NCBI GenBank assembly: GCA_963771465.1
Contig: CAVYTU010000005.1
Location: 1 to 64,000, forward strand
From: an uncultured delta proteobacterium
GTDB lineage: Bacteria > Desulfobacterota > Binatia > UBA9968
Direction: 5' to 3'
DNA: 64,000 nucleotides
The translations under genes were made by a program, and so were the position numbers. The notes under the pieces were generated by a model. It saw only the letters and a program-made list of their open reading frames with translations. It did not search any database and was not told the DNA's origin. This document shows positions 50,741 to 61,225 of this stretch, piece by piece (position 1 is the stretch's first letter; every line of letters starts with the position of its first letter).

Positions 50741-51988
50741 ATGCTTTCCCACGAAGAGAATGAGCTTTTGACACGCGTCGGGACCGGCACGCCGATGGGC
50801 GGGCTAATGCGTCGTTACTGGATTCCCGCGCTTTTGTCGGAAGAGATTGCCATGCCGGATTGTGCGCCGGTGCGGGTCAGACTGCTCGGCGAGGATTTGG
50901 TCGCGTTCCGCGATTCGCACGGGAACGTCGGTTTGATAGGCGAGCACTGCGCCCATCGCGGCACATCGCTTTTCTTCGGCCGTAACGAAGAGTGCGGCTT
51001 GCGCTGTATCTATCATGGTTGGAAGTATGACGTTGACGGCAATGTCGTGGAAACGCCGGCGGAGCCGCGCGGTAGCGAGTTCGGCAAGAAACTGCGTCAT
51101 ACCGCGTACCCGTGTCGAGAAGTTGCCGGCATGATCTTCACCTACATGGGACCGGCGGAAAAAATGCCGGTGCTGCCGCGCTACGAATGGTCCGATTTGA
51201 AGCCGGAGCAAATGTTCCCGGTCAAGTCTTTGCTCGAATGCAATTATCTCCAAGGAGTTGAGGGCGATTTTGATTCGTCGCATACCTCGTTCTTGCACAA
51301 CAATAATATTCAAAACTCCGAGCGCTTAAAGCGCGACGGCGCGCCGACTTTGGAGGCTGAGGACACCCGCTACGGCATGCGGGCGATTTCGATCCGCAAA
51401 TTCGGCGCGGAGCAGATTTACGTGCGCACGAGTCCTTACATCATGCCGTCGTTTAGTATCGTTCCCGGTCCGCCGACGGCGAAGTTCGAAGAAGACGACC
51501 TGCGCGGGTTTCGCTTTTGGGTGCCCATCGACGATCACAAGACCTGGCTCTACATTCTCAACATGCGGAAGAAGCCGCTCGATGGTGGCGAGCGCGAAGC
51601 CTTGCGCAGTTGGATCAATCCCGACTATTCACGCGTGCGCAATTCTCATAACGATTATCTCATCGACCGCCAACTGCAACGCACGCGGCTCTATTCGGGT
51701 ATTCAATCGGTCAATGCCGCCGAACAGGACGGCTGCGCGACGGAAACCATGGGGCCGATTTACGATCGCAGCAAGGAGCATCTCGGCTATAGCGATAAGA
51801 CGATCATCGCGCTGCGCAAAATGCTCTTAAACGCAGTGCGCGACTTGGCCGAAGGCAAAGATCCGCCGCATGTAATGCACGATCCGCGCGAAGCAGACTT
51901 TTCAAGCTTACGCTCGCTCAAAGGTGTTTTGCCGGCGGATGCGGATTGGCGCAAAGTGATGGAAGGGTTGGGGCCGAATGATGGCTGA
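50741..51988 (+). CDS. Rieske non-heme iron oxygenase alpha subunit (phthalate 4,5-dioxygenase/LigXa-like)
   Basis: CAHRG...CIYHGW Rieske motif; EGDFDSSHTSFLH; EHLGYSD. Confidence 0.9.
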   Translation: MLSHEENELLTRVGTGTPMGGLMRRYWIPALLSEEIAMPDCAPVRVRLLGEDLVAFRDSHGNVGLIGEHCAHRGTSLFFGRNEECGLRCIYHGWKYDVDGNVVETPAEPRGSEFGKKLRHTAYPCREVAGMIFTYMGPAEKMPVLPRYEWSDLKPEQMFPVKSLLECNYLQGVEGDFDSSHTSFLHNNNIQNSERLKRDGAPTLEAEDTRYGMRAISIRKFGAEQIYVRTSPYIMPSFSIVPGPPTAKFEEDDLRGFRFWVPIDDHKTWLYILNMRKKPLDGGEREALRSWINPDYSRVRNSHNDYLIDRQLQRTRLYSGIQSVNAAEQDGCATETMGPIYDRSKEHLGYSDKTIIALRKMLLNAVRDLAEGKDPPHVMHDPREADFSSLRSLKGVLPADADWRKVMEGLGPNDG

Positions 51989-53087
51989 TATCAGGATCTC
52001 AATCCGGTCAAAACGTTCCAGCCGTTCAAATCGTTCAAAACGTTGGCAACGCAGCGCGCGGTTTTTTAGAGCCATGGTGATTCTGGCGTGGATCATAATT
52101 CCTACGGTTTCGTTATCCGCTCAGCCACTGCAAAAAAGTGTCGCCATGATCGGCGCGCGCAGCGGCGCGTCTTGGCCGCTGTGGATCGCGAAAGACGCGC
52201 GGCTTTATGCCAAATACGGACTCGAAGTCGAGCTTGTCTATGCCGTCCATCCTGCGCCGATCGCCGCGGTGATCACCGGCCAAGCGGCGATGACGTCCTC
52301 GGGCAGCGATCCGGCATTGTTAGCTGCGGCCAAGGATCCGTCGCTGGTGGTGCTCGGCGGGTTCATGAACAAAGGTTCCTTCGCCATGATCGGCTCCAAG
52401 AGCGCCACCGATATGAAGCAACTCGCCGGCAAAAAGATCGGCGTCGGCCGCGTCGGCGATCCGCCATATCATATGGCGGTAGGGTTGCTAAAAAAATTCG
52501 GTTTCACGCCGCGCGACGTGCAGTGGGTATCCATCGGTGTCGACGCGGCCTCGCGCGCCGCGGCGCTGCAAAGCGGTTTGGTGGATGCCGCTCTGATCAC
52601 CGCGCCGGCGTACTTTCGCTTGCAGTCAGCGGGTTTGCCCGTGCTGGCGGTGTTGCTCGATCACGACGACATCTATGTTTCCACTTATTATCTATTTCGA
52701 CGGGATGCGCTGACTAAAGAGCGGGCGACGGCAATTGCATTCATCAAAGCCCATGCGGAAGCGATCAAGCGGTTCTACGATGACAAAGAGTTTGCCGCAA
52801 AAACTATGATCAAATACGGCGGTGCGCGCAGCGTCGACGACGCCAATCAAGTCTACGACTTATTCAAAAAGGCCCGCGTGCTGGAGCCGATTCCCTACGC
52901 GCTCAAAGGTTCCGTTGACGCGGTGGTGGAGCGGCAGGGTCAAGAACTCAAGGGCGCCGACTTCAGCAAGATGATCGACAACAGTCTGGTCGATCAGTTG
53001 GTCAAAGAAAAATATTTCGAAGCGCTGTTCGGCGCCGCGATCCGCGACGAGCAGCAGCGCCGGTTGGCGCAAGCGTTTGGCCGCTAA
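51978..53087 (+). CDS. NMT1/SsuA-family substrate-binding protein
   Basis: PLWIAKDARLYAKYGLEV, LAGKKIGV; start uncertain. Confidence 0.85.
   Translation: MMADIRISIRSKRSSRSNRSKRWQRSARFFRAMVILAWIIIPTVSLSAQPLQKSVAMIGARSGASWPLWIAKDARLYAKYGLEVELVYAVHPAPIAAVITGQAAMTSSGSDPALLAAAKDPSLVVLGGFMNKGSFAMIGSKSATDMKQLAGKKIGVGRVGDPPYHMAVGLLKKFGFTPRDVQWVSIGVDAASRAAALQSGLVDAALITAPAYFRLQSAGLPVLAVLLDHDDIYVSTYYLFRRDALTKERATAIAFIKAHAEAIKRFYDDKEFAAKTMIKYGGARSVDDANQVYDLFKKARVLEPIPYALKGSVDAVVERQGQELKGADFSKMIDNSLVDQLVKEKYFEALFGAAIRDEQQRRLAQAFGR
52006..52044 (+). repeat. 9-bp tandem repeat GTTCAAnnn x4 within the SBP 5' end
   Basis: ggtcaaaac gttccagcc gttcaaatc gttcaaaac; reads RSKRSSRSNRSKR in frame. Confidence 0.7.
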
Positions 53088-53120
53088 CTCTTTCAGTCCT
53101 TCGCCTACGGTGAAACGGCG

Positions 53121-53327
53121 CTATCGATTGGGATTGTTTTGCGCGTAGGTGTAAGCGCAATACGCCGAGATGATGTGACATACCCAACCCAGCAGCCCGG
53201 CCGTGCCGATCCAAGCGCCCGGGGTGATAATGAACCAAAAGATCGCCCAGAGAAATTGGCCATTGTAAATCTGGCCGACCCCCGGGATGATCACGCTCAA
53301 AACTGCTGCTAAGCCTGGATTTCTCAT
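53121..53327 (-). CDS. Small membrane protein (TM2-like)
   Basis: NPGLAAVLSVIIPGVGQIYNGQ motif. Confidence 0.8.
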   Translation of the reverse strand: MRNPGLAAVLSVIIPGVGQIYNGQFLWAIFWFIITPGAWIGTAGLLGWVCHIISAYCAYTYAQNNPNR

Positions 53328-53354
53328 TTTGCCGGTTCTCCGAATTATTCCTGA

Positions 53355-54374
53355 TCATTTTTTTTGCAACGACTTGAAGAAGCCTTGCTTGTCCAATTCT
53401 CGCAGCACTTCTTCGTTGACAAACTCTTGGGCTTTCTTGCCTTTGGCGTCGGCGCGGCTGTTCGCCAAGTCGTCGACCGCGACCTGCACGCCGGCCAATT
53501 CCGTGTAAGGCGGAAATGAAATTCTCGGCGCGTAGCTTTTGTAGGCGCTGTCGAGGGTCGCGTTGTCTTGAGTACGCATCCATTTCGACAAGCTCTTCTG
53601 TCCCGCGGCCGGATCGCTTTTGAAAATATGGATCGCTTCGCCGATCCCCTGCAGGAAGCCTCTCACGAGATTGCGTTTCGATCCTTGCAAACTTTTCGTC
53701 GTCATCAGGCTTACGGTGGGAAAGGAATCTTCCAGATCGCCGAGATCGAGTAGGATGTTCATGCCTGAAGCGCGCGCGCGATCGATAAATGCGCCGGTGA
53801 GCACAGTGGCGTCGATCAAACCGTTTTGCAGTGCGGCTAAGCGGTCGCGGCTGCCGCCGGCACGCAGCAGCGTGACGCTCTTGTCGTCGATGCCCCAGTG
53901 TTTGAGTGCCGTGGCGACGACGATTTGATTCAAGCCGACAGCCGAAAGCACGCCGATTTTCTTGCCGCGCAAATCCTGCGGCGTGCGAATATTAGGACGG
54001 GCGGCGATGCTGTAGGTGTGCTTGTTGAAATAGGTGCCGATGATGATGATATCGGCGCCTGAAAGATTCGCCGCGATGTGCGGCTGAGGCGCAACGACGT
54101 CGAACTGAATCTCTCCGCCGGTGAGCGCATGGGTCGATTCCGCGCCGCCGCGAAAAAGGATCGGCTCGACATTGAGTCCGTATTTTCTGAACAAGCCGAG
54201 ATCGACGCCCAGCCAAAGCGGCACTTGGTAACCCGAGATGCCGCTGTATCCAGCGCGAACGCGCTCTTGGGCGAAGCCGGCGTGTGTCGAAATGAGCCCA
54301 GCGGCGATTATTATAGCGATGGCAAAGCTTCGATAGAGACACATCGGCATCACCTCATGATTATGGTTCGTCAA
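53355..54374 (-). CDS. NMT1/SsuA-family substrate-binding protein
   Basis: Signal peptide; GLFRKYGLNV, QDLRGKKIGV; true start probably near 54350. Confidence 0.85.
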   Translation of the reverse strand: MTNHNHEVMPMCLYRSFAIAIIIAAGLISTHAGFAQERVRAGYSGISGYQVPLWLGVDLGLFRKYGLNVEPILFRGGAESTHALTGGEIQFDVVAPQPHIAANLSGADIIIIGTYFNKHTYSIAARPNIRTPQDLRGKKIGVLSAVGLNQIVVATALKHWGIDDKSVTLLRAGGSRDRLAALQNGLIDATVLTGAFIDRARASGMNILLDLGDLEDSFPTVSLMTTKSLQGSKRNLVRGFLQGIGEAIHIFKSDPAAGQKSLSKWMRTQDNATLDSAYKSYAPRISFPPYTELAGVQVAVDDLANSRADAKGKKAQEFVNEEVLRELDKQGFFKSLQKK

Positions 54375-54375
54375 C

Positions 54376-55876
54376 CTAACGGTTGTAGCGCGCTGGCAGC
54401 TCGGTTAAAAAAGGCGGCCGGCGTAGCCGCGCCGCGCAGGATGCATCAAGTTCTTGCGTCGAGCCGTGATCGATGAATTCAATGATCAAGTTTTGCGCAC
54501 AGTCCGAGCCATAGTTGTGCGGCGTATTGCGCAGGATAATCTGCCTACCGTTCGGCAGAAACTTTGATGCTGCTTCGGCCAATTCGATCGGCGTTGACGG
54601 ATCGATGTCGCCGGAGAGCATCAGCACGGGCAACGACGAGTTTATCGGCTCGAAGTAACTGTTTGGTAGTGAGGCTCGCGGCCATTCTTTGCATGCCTGT
54701 TGGTGTCGTCTTACTCGATATTCTCCCAAAATTGTTCCAGCGTTGTGAAGTGTGATCTCCGCCTCGGTGATATACGGCACGGATTCCGAACAAGTGATGG
54801 TGAAATAGACCCCGGTGGTAGCAGCGAAAGCAGTGTTGCCGCGTGATTGTGATTTGATTTTAGCGAAAACGCTCCAATCTCCTCGAGCGGCGGAGTTGAC
54901 CATCAACGGTATGAGCCTCATCGACTCGTGATTGTAGAGCATCAATCTTAGTTGCTCGGCAAACACGTTGCGCGAAAGACTGACCTGCTCAGTTACTTTG
55001 CTGCGTGGGTTGAAAAAGTCAAAAACCACCGGCCCGCCATCAAGTTTCGTGAGCACCGCAGCCAAGTCTTTCCGGAAATTGCCGTAAGCGGCGTTGCATC
55101 CGGGGTCGGCGTTACAGTCGCTTAGCAGACGTGTCATGGCGCGCTCCGTGCCCCGGGCGAATTGTAACGGCAGTTTTGCCGCCGGGGACGTTACGCCAGC
55201 GAGGGTTAGCGATCTGATTCGCTCGGGGTAGCGCCGGAGGTATTCGACCGCGGTCACTGTGCCGTAGGAGACGCCATAGAGATTTATTTTCTCATACTGC
55301 AACGCGGCGCGGATTTCATCGAGATCATCAACCACGAACGGTGTCGTGTAGTAGCGCAAATCTGCTTTCTCAGCCAACAGTTTTTGGCATGCGCGCACGT
55401 GCTCCGGTAGGAAAAGTTCGGCGAAGTAACTTTGCGCGTCGTTTCTTTGAGGGTTTAAATTGCATTGCAGGCTATGTGAGTCGCCGGTGCCGCGCTGGTC
55501 GACAAACACGAGATCGCGCTCGCGCCGCAGCCCCCGCATGAGCGCGTCCTCGCCGGCGCTCGCCATGCGCGCTTGTCCCTGTCCCGGACCGCCGGCAAGG
55601 AAAAAAATCGGGTCGGGACGTCGGCGAGCTTGAGGTGGCTGGCGCGACTAAGATATTGAGCGTAATCATCCGACCCGACATCGCCGCGCGGTTTTCATAG
55701 ACGCCATATTTGCCGCAGAGCAGATCGCTTTTGTGGTTGGGGAATTGGCAGGGGATTAGATTTATCCGGCGCGTCTGTTCAACCCGTGGCGCGGGTAGTG
55801 GAACTGTTACGCAGGATAGATTGAATAAAATAGCGAGGAGAAGAAGTTGTATCGAAATGATCGGCCGATGAAGCAT
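54376..55876 (-). pseudogene. Alpha/beta hydrolase (TAP-like peptidase) lipoprotein, one frameshift near 55620
   Basis: LSC lipobox in 55472..55876; PIFFLAGGPG, DQRGTG, GVSYGT, GDIDPSTP and H in the 54376 frame. Confidence 0.75.
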
Positions 55877-55904
55877 TCGCTTTTGGTGTCAGAATCGCGC
55901 TCGC

Positions 55905-56738
55905 CTACAGATGCCAGCGCAGCCACTGCGCCAGTGCTTTTCCCATGATCCATTCTTTGTCGCTGGCGGAAAGGAAATTCAGTGCTTCGGTGAACAGCGT
56001 GACGTTTTCGCCATAGGAGCAAGGCGACTGCGATAAATCGGTGCCCCAGAAAACTCTTTGCGGGCCGAAGCCGTCGACGACCCGGCGAATTTGCGGATGA
56101 AGCGTCGGATAAGGATAGGGTTCGTCGACGTAGCAGGGTAGGCAGGAGACTTTGACGCCGACGTTGTCTAGGCGCGCGAACTTGAGCAGCAGATCGACGC
56201 CCGGTGCGAGATCTTTGCCTTTCCACTGGACGTTGAGTCCCATGTGATCGACGATAACACGCAGGCCCGGATGGCGCTCGGCGATCTCGCCGATCTTGGC
56301 CACCGCGAAGGGCGCAAAGATCATCAGTGGAATGTCGTGCCGCTCGCAGCCGGCCCAGAACCAATCCGCCGTGCCGTCATCGAGCCACGAGTAAGTATTG
56401 CTGTGGCGAAAGCTGATACGAAAACCCAGCATGCCGGGCTGCTGGAGCCACGTCGCGAGTTTTTCTTTGCTCGCCGGATCGTTGAGCGGCACTTTGCCCA
56501 TGACGGCGAAGCGCTCGGGATATTTTTGCGCCGCTTCCAGCGCATAATCGTTACGATAGCCGTCCCAGGATGGCGGCACTAAGATGACGCGGTCCACGCC
56601 CGCGGTTTTCATTTCTTCCAACAAACTCTCGTAGGTCAGTGGCGTGGCTCGGTGTGGCTTGGAAGCGTCTTCTTTGACATGCCGCCGCTCCGGCGTGTCC
56701 GCTTTCCAGATGTGCACTTGGGCGTCGATGATGGTCAT
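55905..56738 (-). CDS. Amidohydrolase_2 family protein (lactonase-like)
   Basis: IIDAQVHIW, IVDHMG, FWGTD. Confidence 0.88.
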   Translation of the reverse strand: MTIIDAQVHIWKADTPERRHVKEDASKPHRATPLTYESLLEEMKTAGVDRVILVPPSWDGYRNDYALEAAQKYPERFAVMGKVPLNDPASKEKLATWLQQPGMLGFRISFRHSNTYSWLDDGTADWFWAGCERHDIPLMIFAPFAVAKIGEIAERHPGLRVIVDHMGLNVQWKGKDLAPGVDLLLKFARLDNVGVKVSCLPCYVDEPYPYPTLHPQIRRVVDGFGPQRVFWGTDLSQSPCSYGENVTLFTEALNFLSASDKEWIMGKALAQWLRWHL

Positions 56739-57037
56739 AGATGTTCGGCTCGGAGACTACACCGTTGCTAGCTTGAATTATTCGTGGTGAAACTGCGATC
56801 GAGGCGCAACCCTTCCGGATCGAAGGCAAAGCAGTTGTGCCTTGAAGATGCCAGCGGCGAATCAGTTATGAGTTCAGCGGCGAAAAGTTCAACCATTGTC
56901 CCGAGCGCCGAGCACGTAATGAAACGTTTGCGCTGGTGCCTTCGCTCCTCCAGGGTCGCACCTCGATCGATACAGTGTCATGAATTTGCCTCGATCTACG
57001 AAGAACCCGCGCTGGCTTGTCGGCAGGCGATGGTAAC

Positions 57038-58402
57038 TCACAAGCGGATAATGCCGCGTCCATCACGCAGTTCGACCTGAGTTCCCAAATCCTTGGATAG
57101 CCGGGCAATGCGGTCCAAGATCGGTTTACCTTCTTGGGCGTCCGCTAACATGGGGCGGCCCCGTTGGGAGCGTGGCCGGCCAAAACCCATTTCGATGGGA
57201 TGGATTTCGATCTCGCTCAACTTGCGATGGTCGAAACGGCAAAGCGCCAGCGCCGATTGCCAGAATTCACGCGTGGCCGGATGGCCTTTGTCGCCCGCGG
57301 TGCGGGCATCGAAAAAATCCGCTGGCGTGGCGTAGGGATCCAAGCCGAAGCGCTCGTAGTGATGCGCCGGAACTTGGCGCAGAGTTTCGTTCTGCATGAA
57401 AAAATTTCCCAGACTGTAAAAGACCGGCTTGCCGCGGTAGATTTCCACGCCCATAAACATATGCGGTCCGTGGATCGCCAGGAGATCGGCGCCGGCGTCG
57501 ACACAGGCATGGGCGAAATCGGCGACGAAGTCCGGTTGGGTCTCGATCTCGGTGATCCGTTCGGCGTGGAGCCAACTCCGACCGAGGGTGTCTTGATTGT
57601 GCAGGCTGACGATCACGAAGTCGGCTTGGCGGCGCGCTTCGCGGATCTGCCGCAAGTTTTCTTCGACGTCGCGTTGGTTGCACTTGGTGACGATATCGAA
57701 GGCTTCGCCCAAGCGGTAATGCTCGCCGCGAAAATCCAATTCCGTCTCGGCGAAGGTGCCAAGCTCCGCCGCGGACTGAAAGCCGCGTTGAATGTTGCGG
57801 CTGCGCTCGCCGTCGAAGCCGAGCGATTGCGCAATTCGCTGCAGCGCCGCAAACGATTCTTTATCGACCACGAACGTGGCGCGAAAACCGAGCGCATTCA
57901 CCCCTGGCTTGCCCTTGAAGTCGACTCTTTGGTGCGCGGCGCGGTTACTCGGCGCCGGCAGATGCGCGGTGGCGGCGACCAGCGCCACGCGCCCATTGGC
58001 GGTTTCCAAATAGGCCGGACTGCTGGCCTGCCTTAGATTCTCGCCGGTGCCGGCATGAACGATCTTCGCTTCGTCCAGATAACGGTTTTGCAGCAGCAAT
58101 CCTTCCTCGCCGAAGTTGAGCGAGTGACTGTTGGCGCAACTCACCATGGTGATGCCGAGCCATTTGAGATCTTCGAGCAGTTCGGGTTCCGTGACCATAT
58201 GGGTGCCGGTGCGCACTGCCGGTATGCCTTCGCCATAACGCAGCACGGAGGTTTCCAGATTGGCAAAACAGGCATCGGCGTTTCGCAGCAGCTCGCGTAG
58301 GCGTAGAAACTCGGGCTCGCGATAGACCTGCATGCCGCGCGAGAGCAGAATATCTCCGCCTAAGGCTATGCTGATTGATCCGCGTTCGGCATCGTAGGGC
58401 AT
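57038..58402 (-). CDS. CapA/PgsA-family metallophosphatase-fold protein
   Basis: GD, ANLET, ANSHSLNFG, SLH, HGPH, YSLGNF; no signal peptide. Confidence 0.85.
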   Translation of the reverse strand: MPYDAERGSISIALGGDILLSRGMQVYREPEFLRLRELLRNADACFANLETSVLRYGEGIPAVRTGTHMVTEPELLEDLKWLGITMVSCANSHSLNFGEEGLLLQNRYLDEAKIVHAGTGENLRQASSPAYLETANGRVALVAATAHLPAPSNRAAHQRVDFKGKPGVNALGFRATFVVDKESFAALQRIAQSLGFDGERSRNIQRGFQSAAELGTFAETELDFRGEHYRLGEAFDIVTKCNQRDVEENLRQIREARRQADFVIVSLHNQDTLGRSWLHAERITEIETQPDFVADFAHACVDAGADLLAIHGPHMFMGVEIYRGKPVFYSLGNFFMQNETLRQVPAHHYERFGLDPYATPADFFDARTAGDKGHPATREFWQSALALCRFDHRKLSEIEIHPIEMGFGRPRSQRGRPMLADAQEGKPILDRIARLSKDLGTQVELRDGRGIIRL

Positions 58403-58421
58403 GGTGGCTCCGTTAAGATAA

Positions 58422-58448
58422 GTTCAAACCGTTCGAGTCGTTCAAATT
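58422..58448 (+). repeat. 9-bp tandem repeat GTTCRAnnn x3
   Basis: gttcaaacc gttcgagtc gttcaaatt, intergenic. Confidence 0.55.
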
Positions 58449-58470
58449 GTCAAATACATAGCCCGCGCGG

Positions 58471-59946
58471 CTACAAGCCTCGGATTGACGCCGCCGCGCT
58501 TCTACCCGCGATCATGCCAAAGACCAAATTGCGCGTCTGACCGCTGCACGACGGATAGTTGTGGAAAAATAATCCCATGATGTCGCCGGATGCGAACAGT
58601 CCGCGGATCGGACGACCGGCGGTGTTGAGCACTTGGCCATGGCTGTTGATCTCGACGCCGCCGAAGGTGAACGTAATGCCACAGGTGACTGGATAGGCGC
58701 GATAGGGCGGCTTGTCGAGTTTTACCGCCCAGTTGGTTTTCTTGGGCTGAATGCCGACCGTGCCGCGGCCGTCGCGCTTGGTTGGGTCGAAGGGCGTATT
58801 TTCCTGCACGGCGTTATTGAATTCTTCGACGGTATGCTGAAGCACCGTCGGGTCGATGCCGAGCTTGGTGGCCAACTCGGCAATCGTGTCGGCTTCCGTC
58901 GGCTCGCCGTGAACGTAGCGATTTTGGATCAACAGCTTCAGTCCCTTCTGGTCGAAGATCTGATAGGCCACACCGCCGGGTTGGCCCAAGACCGTCCAGC
59001 CGGTCTTGGCGTAGGTATAAGAGTGTTCGGCTTCGCCTTCGTCGTAGAAGCGGGTGCCGAGGGTATTCACGGTGATGCCGAACATGTAGCTGTAACGATT
59101 GGCGTTGTTGCTGACTTCCACGTCGGGAAAATTCGCGTCGATGGGGCTTGCATGGGCGCCTTTCCAATGGCCGGCGGAGCGAGCGCCGAGCGCTATCGCC
59201 ATCTGCAAAACCTCGCCGGTATCATGCCGGCTGCCGCGCACTTTCATCAGGTCGGCGTTGGGGCCGAGATAGCGCGCGCGCATTTCAGCGCTGGCTTGAA
59301 AACCACCGGCGCAGAGAATCACCGACTTCGGTTTGATTTCATATTCGCCATCGGCGCCGCAGACGCCGACCGCTTCGATCTGTCGCTCGCTTCCCTTTAG
59401 CGCGGTCACTTTGGAGTCGTAACGGATTTCGATCCCCATGCCCAGCGCGACTTCGCGCCACTGGGTCAGCTGTCCCTTGCCGCCGCCGGTGCTCTGCAAA
59501 CCGCGGCCAGGCTCGAAGTAATAGCGTCCGTCAATGACGGCGTAACTTTGCGCGTCGAGATCGAATTTGATGCCGACCTCGCGCATCCAGTGGAGCGCCT
59601 TGTTCGAGTTGTCTGCCAAGGTGGCGGCCAGATCTTTGTTGATGCGGCCTTGGGTGACGCGATTGAGATCGTCAATGAAATGTTCCCTGGTATAGGGTTC
59701 CGGGTGTAAGGCTTTGAAAGTAGCGTCGTCGAGATCGGGCAAGAACTGGCGCATCTCGCTGGCGCCGGAATGGACGAAGCGAAAACCGGTGTGGGAAAAA
59801 CGCGCGTTACCGCCGAATTCATCCTCCGGCGCTTTCTCCAGCATTAATACCTTAGGCGCACCGGCTTGGCGCGCCGCCACTGCGGCTTCGAAAGCCGCCG
59901 TGCCGCCGCCGATTACCAGTACGTCGATGTCGGAAGGGTTGTTCAT
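58471..59946 (-). CDS. tcuA: FAD-dependent oxidoreductase, tricarballylate dehydrogenase TcuA-like
   Basis: VIGGGTAA, GGNARFS, GITFTFGG, FFHNYP.CSG. Confidence 0.75.
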   Translation of the reverse strand: MNNPSDIDVLVIGGGTAAFEAAVAARQAGAPKVLMLEKAPEDEFGGNARFSHTGFRFVHSGASEMRQFLPDLDDATFKALHPEPYTREHFIDDLNRVTQGRINKDLAATLADNSNKALHWMREVGIKFDLDAQSYAVIDGRYYFEPGRGLQSTGGGKGQLTQWREVALGMGIEIRYDSKVTALKGSERQIEAVGVCGADGEYEIKPKSVILCAGGFQASAEMRARYLGPNADLMKVRGSRHDTGEVLQMAIALGARSAGHWKGAHASPIDANFPDVEVSNNANRYSYMFGITVNTLGTRFYDEGEAEHSYTYAKTGWTVLGQPGGVAYQIFDQKGLKLLIQNRYVHGEPTEADTIAELATKLGIDPTVLQHTVEEFNNAVQENTPFDPTKRDGRGTVGIQPKKTNWAVKLDKPPYRAYPVTCGITFTFGGVEINSHGQVLNTAGRPIRGLFASGDIMGLFFHNYPSCSGQTRNLVFGMIAGRSAAASIRGL

Positions 59947-59956
59947 CTGATTCTCC

Positions 59957-60964
59957 TTATTGGTAAAGTTTTTTGTAAAAGCCGCTCTGTTCTAATTGCT
60001 TGACGATGCGCGCGTCGATAAACGATTCGGCATCGGCGCTTTTCGCTTTAGGAATATCCGGAGCGATGAAATCAAGCAAGGTCTTGACGCCTTGCAGCGA
60101 TACGTACGGTGTCTGATCGAGATATTTACCCGCGTACAAGTCATAGGTCTTCTCAATGTAAACGCTTTGGCCGTGATCGAGCCTGAGTTTTTTGCGCAAC
60201 ACGTCGATGCTCTGGGCTTTGTTTTTCTTGATGAAGGCGATGCCCTCCGAATAGCCCCTGATAAATCTCGTCGCTTGATCTTCCGAATTTTTTAGATAGT
60301 CGCGGCTGGTCGATAGCGTGCTTTGCAGCGAGTAGAGTTTCATGTCGGCCAGGTCGGCCAAGGTGCGATTACCTTTTTCCTCGGCGATGAAATCCGAAGG
60401 CGAGGTCAATATCGCGGCATCGATCAAGTGTTTTTCCAAGCTCAGGATCATCGTCGGCGACGGACCGATTTGCAATATCACCACGTCCTCAGGCTTCATC
60501 GACCAGCGTTTGAGCAGCATGAGCAGCACAGAGTGAGTGTTGGAACCGAAGGCGGTGACGCCGACCCGTTTGCCTCGGAGGTCATCGGGGGTCTTGATTT
60601 CCGGCCGCGCCATCAAACGCTGGGTGCTCAAGTTCACGTTCGAAGCGACCATCGTTACGTCGATGCCGCGCAGCGCCGCGTTGATCACGCCGACGCCGCC
60701 GATGATCATGAACTGTACGTCTTTGGCGACCAAGGCGTTCATGCCGCGGGCCGCGCCACCGCCGATGAAAATCACTTGCGCATCGATGCCGTGTTTTTTG
60801 AATAGCCCCTTTTCCTCTGCGACCCAGACCGCCCAGTTAGTCGGACTGAGTGCGCTCAGTCCGACCCGAACGCGGTCCAAGCTTTGGGAATACGAGTCGT
60901 GGCTGAGCAAAACCAAAATCAGGCCGATTAAAAATGCAAGATGGTGGCTGTTTCTGAATCTCAT
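59957..60964 (-). CDS. NMT1/SsuA-family substrate-binding protein
   Basis: Signal peptide; EKGLFKKHGI, DDLRGKRVGV. Confidence 0.87.
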   Translation of the reverse strand: MRFRNSHHLAFLIGLILVLLSHDSYSQSLDRVRVGLSALSPTNWAVWVAEEKGLFKKHGIDAQVIFIGGGAARGMNALVAKDVQFMIIGGVGVINAALRGIDVTMVASNVNLSTQRLMARPEIKTPDDLRGKRVGVTAFGSNTHSVLLMLLKRWSMKPEDVVILQIGPSPTMILSLEKHLIDAAILTSPSDFIAEEKGNRTLADLADMKLYSLQSTLSTSRDYLKNSEDQATRFIRGYSEGIAFIKKNKAQSIDVLRKKLRLDHGQSVYIEKTYDLYAGKYLDQTPYVSLQGVKTLLDFIAPDIPKAKSADAESFIDARIVKQLEQSGFYKKLYQ

Positions 60965-61225
60965 TTATTGTTTTCTCCTAGCCCAGATTGTTCGCAATCA
61001 GATTACGATCGGGTGTGACTCTTGCGGAACGATGGCAAAGCATTCGTGTCTTGAGGATACCAGCGAGGCATGTTGCTTATGAGACCAGAATCGAAAGGGT
61101 CAAATAGGGTGCCAAGCGTCGAGCAAAAATGAGACATTCAGGCCGATGCCTTCGTTCCTCCGGGGTCGTACCTCGATCAACATTGTGCCAACAGGTTCAG
61201 TCGTAGCATGAATGATCCAGGCTGG

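Noticed and set aside
57038-58402. Poly-gamma-glutamate capsule locus
   Set aside because: No capB or capC nearby and the protein lacks a membrane anchor
57164-59400. Long antisense ORFs (57164..58036, 58633..59400; likewise 22107..22814)
   Set aside because: Shadow frames of well-supported opposite-strand genes in GC-rich DNA
61174-61192. sigma54 promoter TGGCACAATGTTGAT on the minus strand
   Set aside because: Spacing is one base short and the -12 GC is absent
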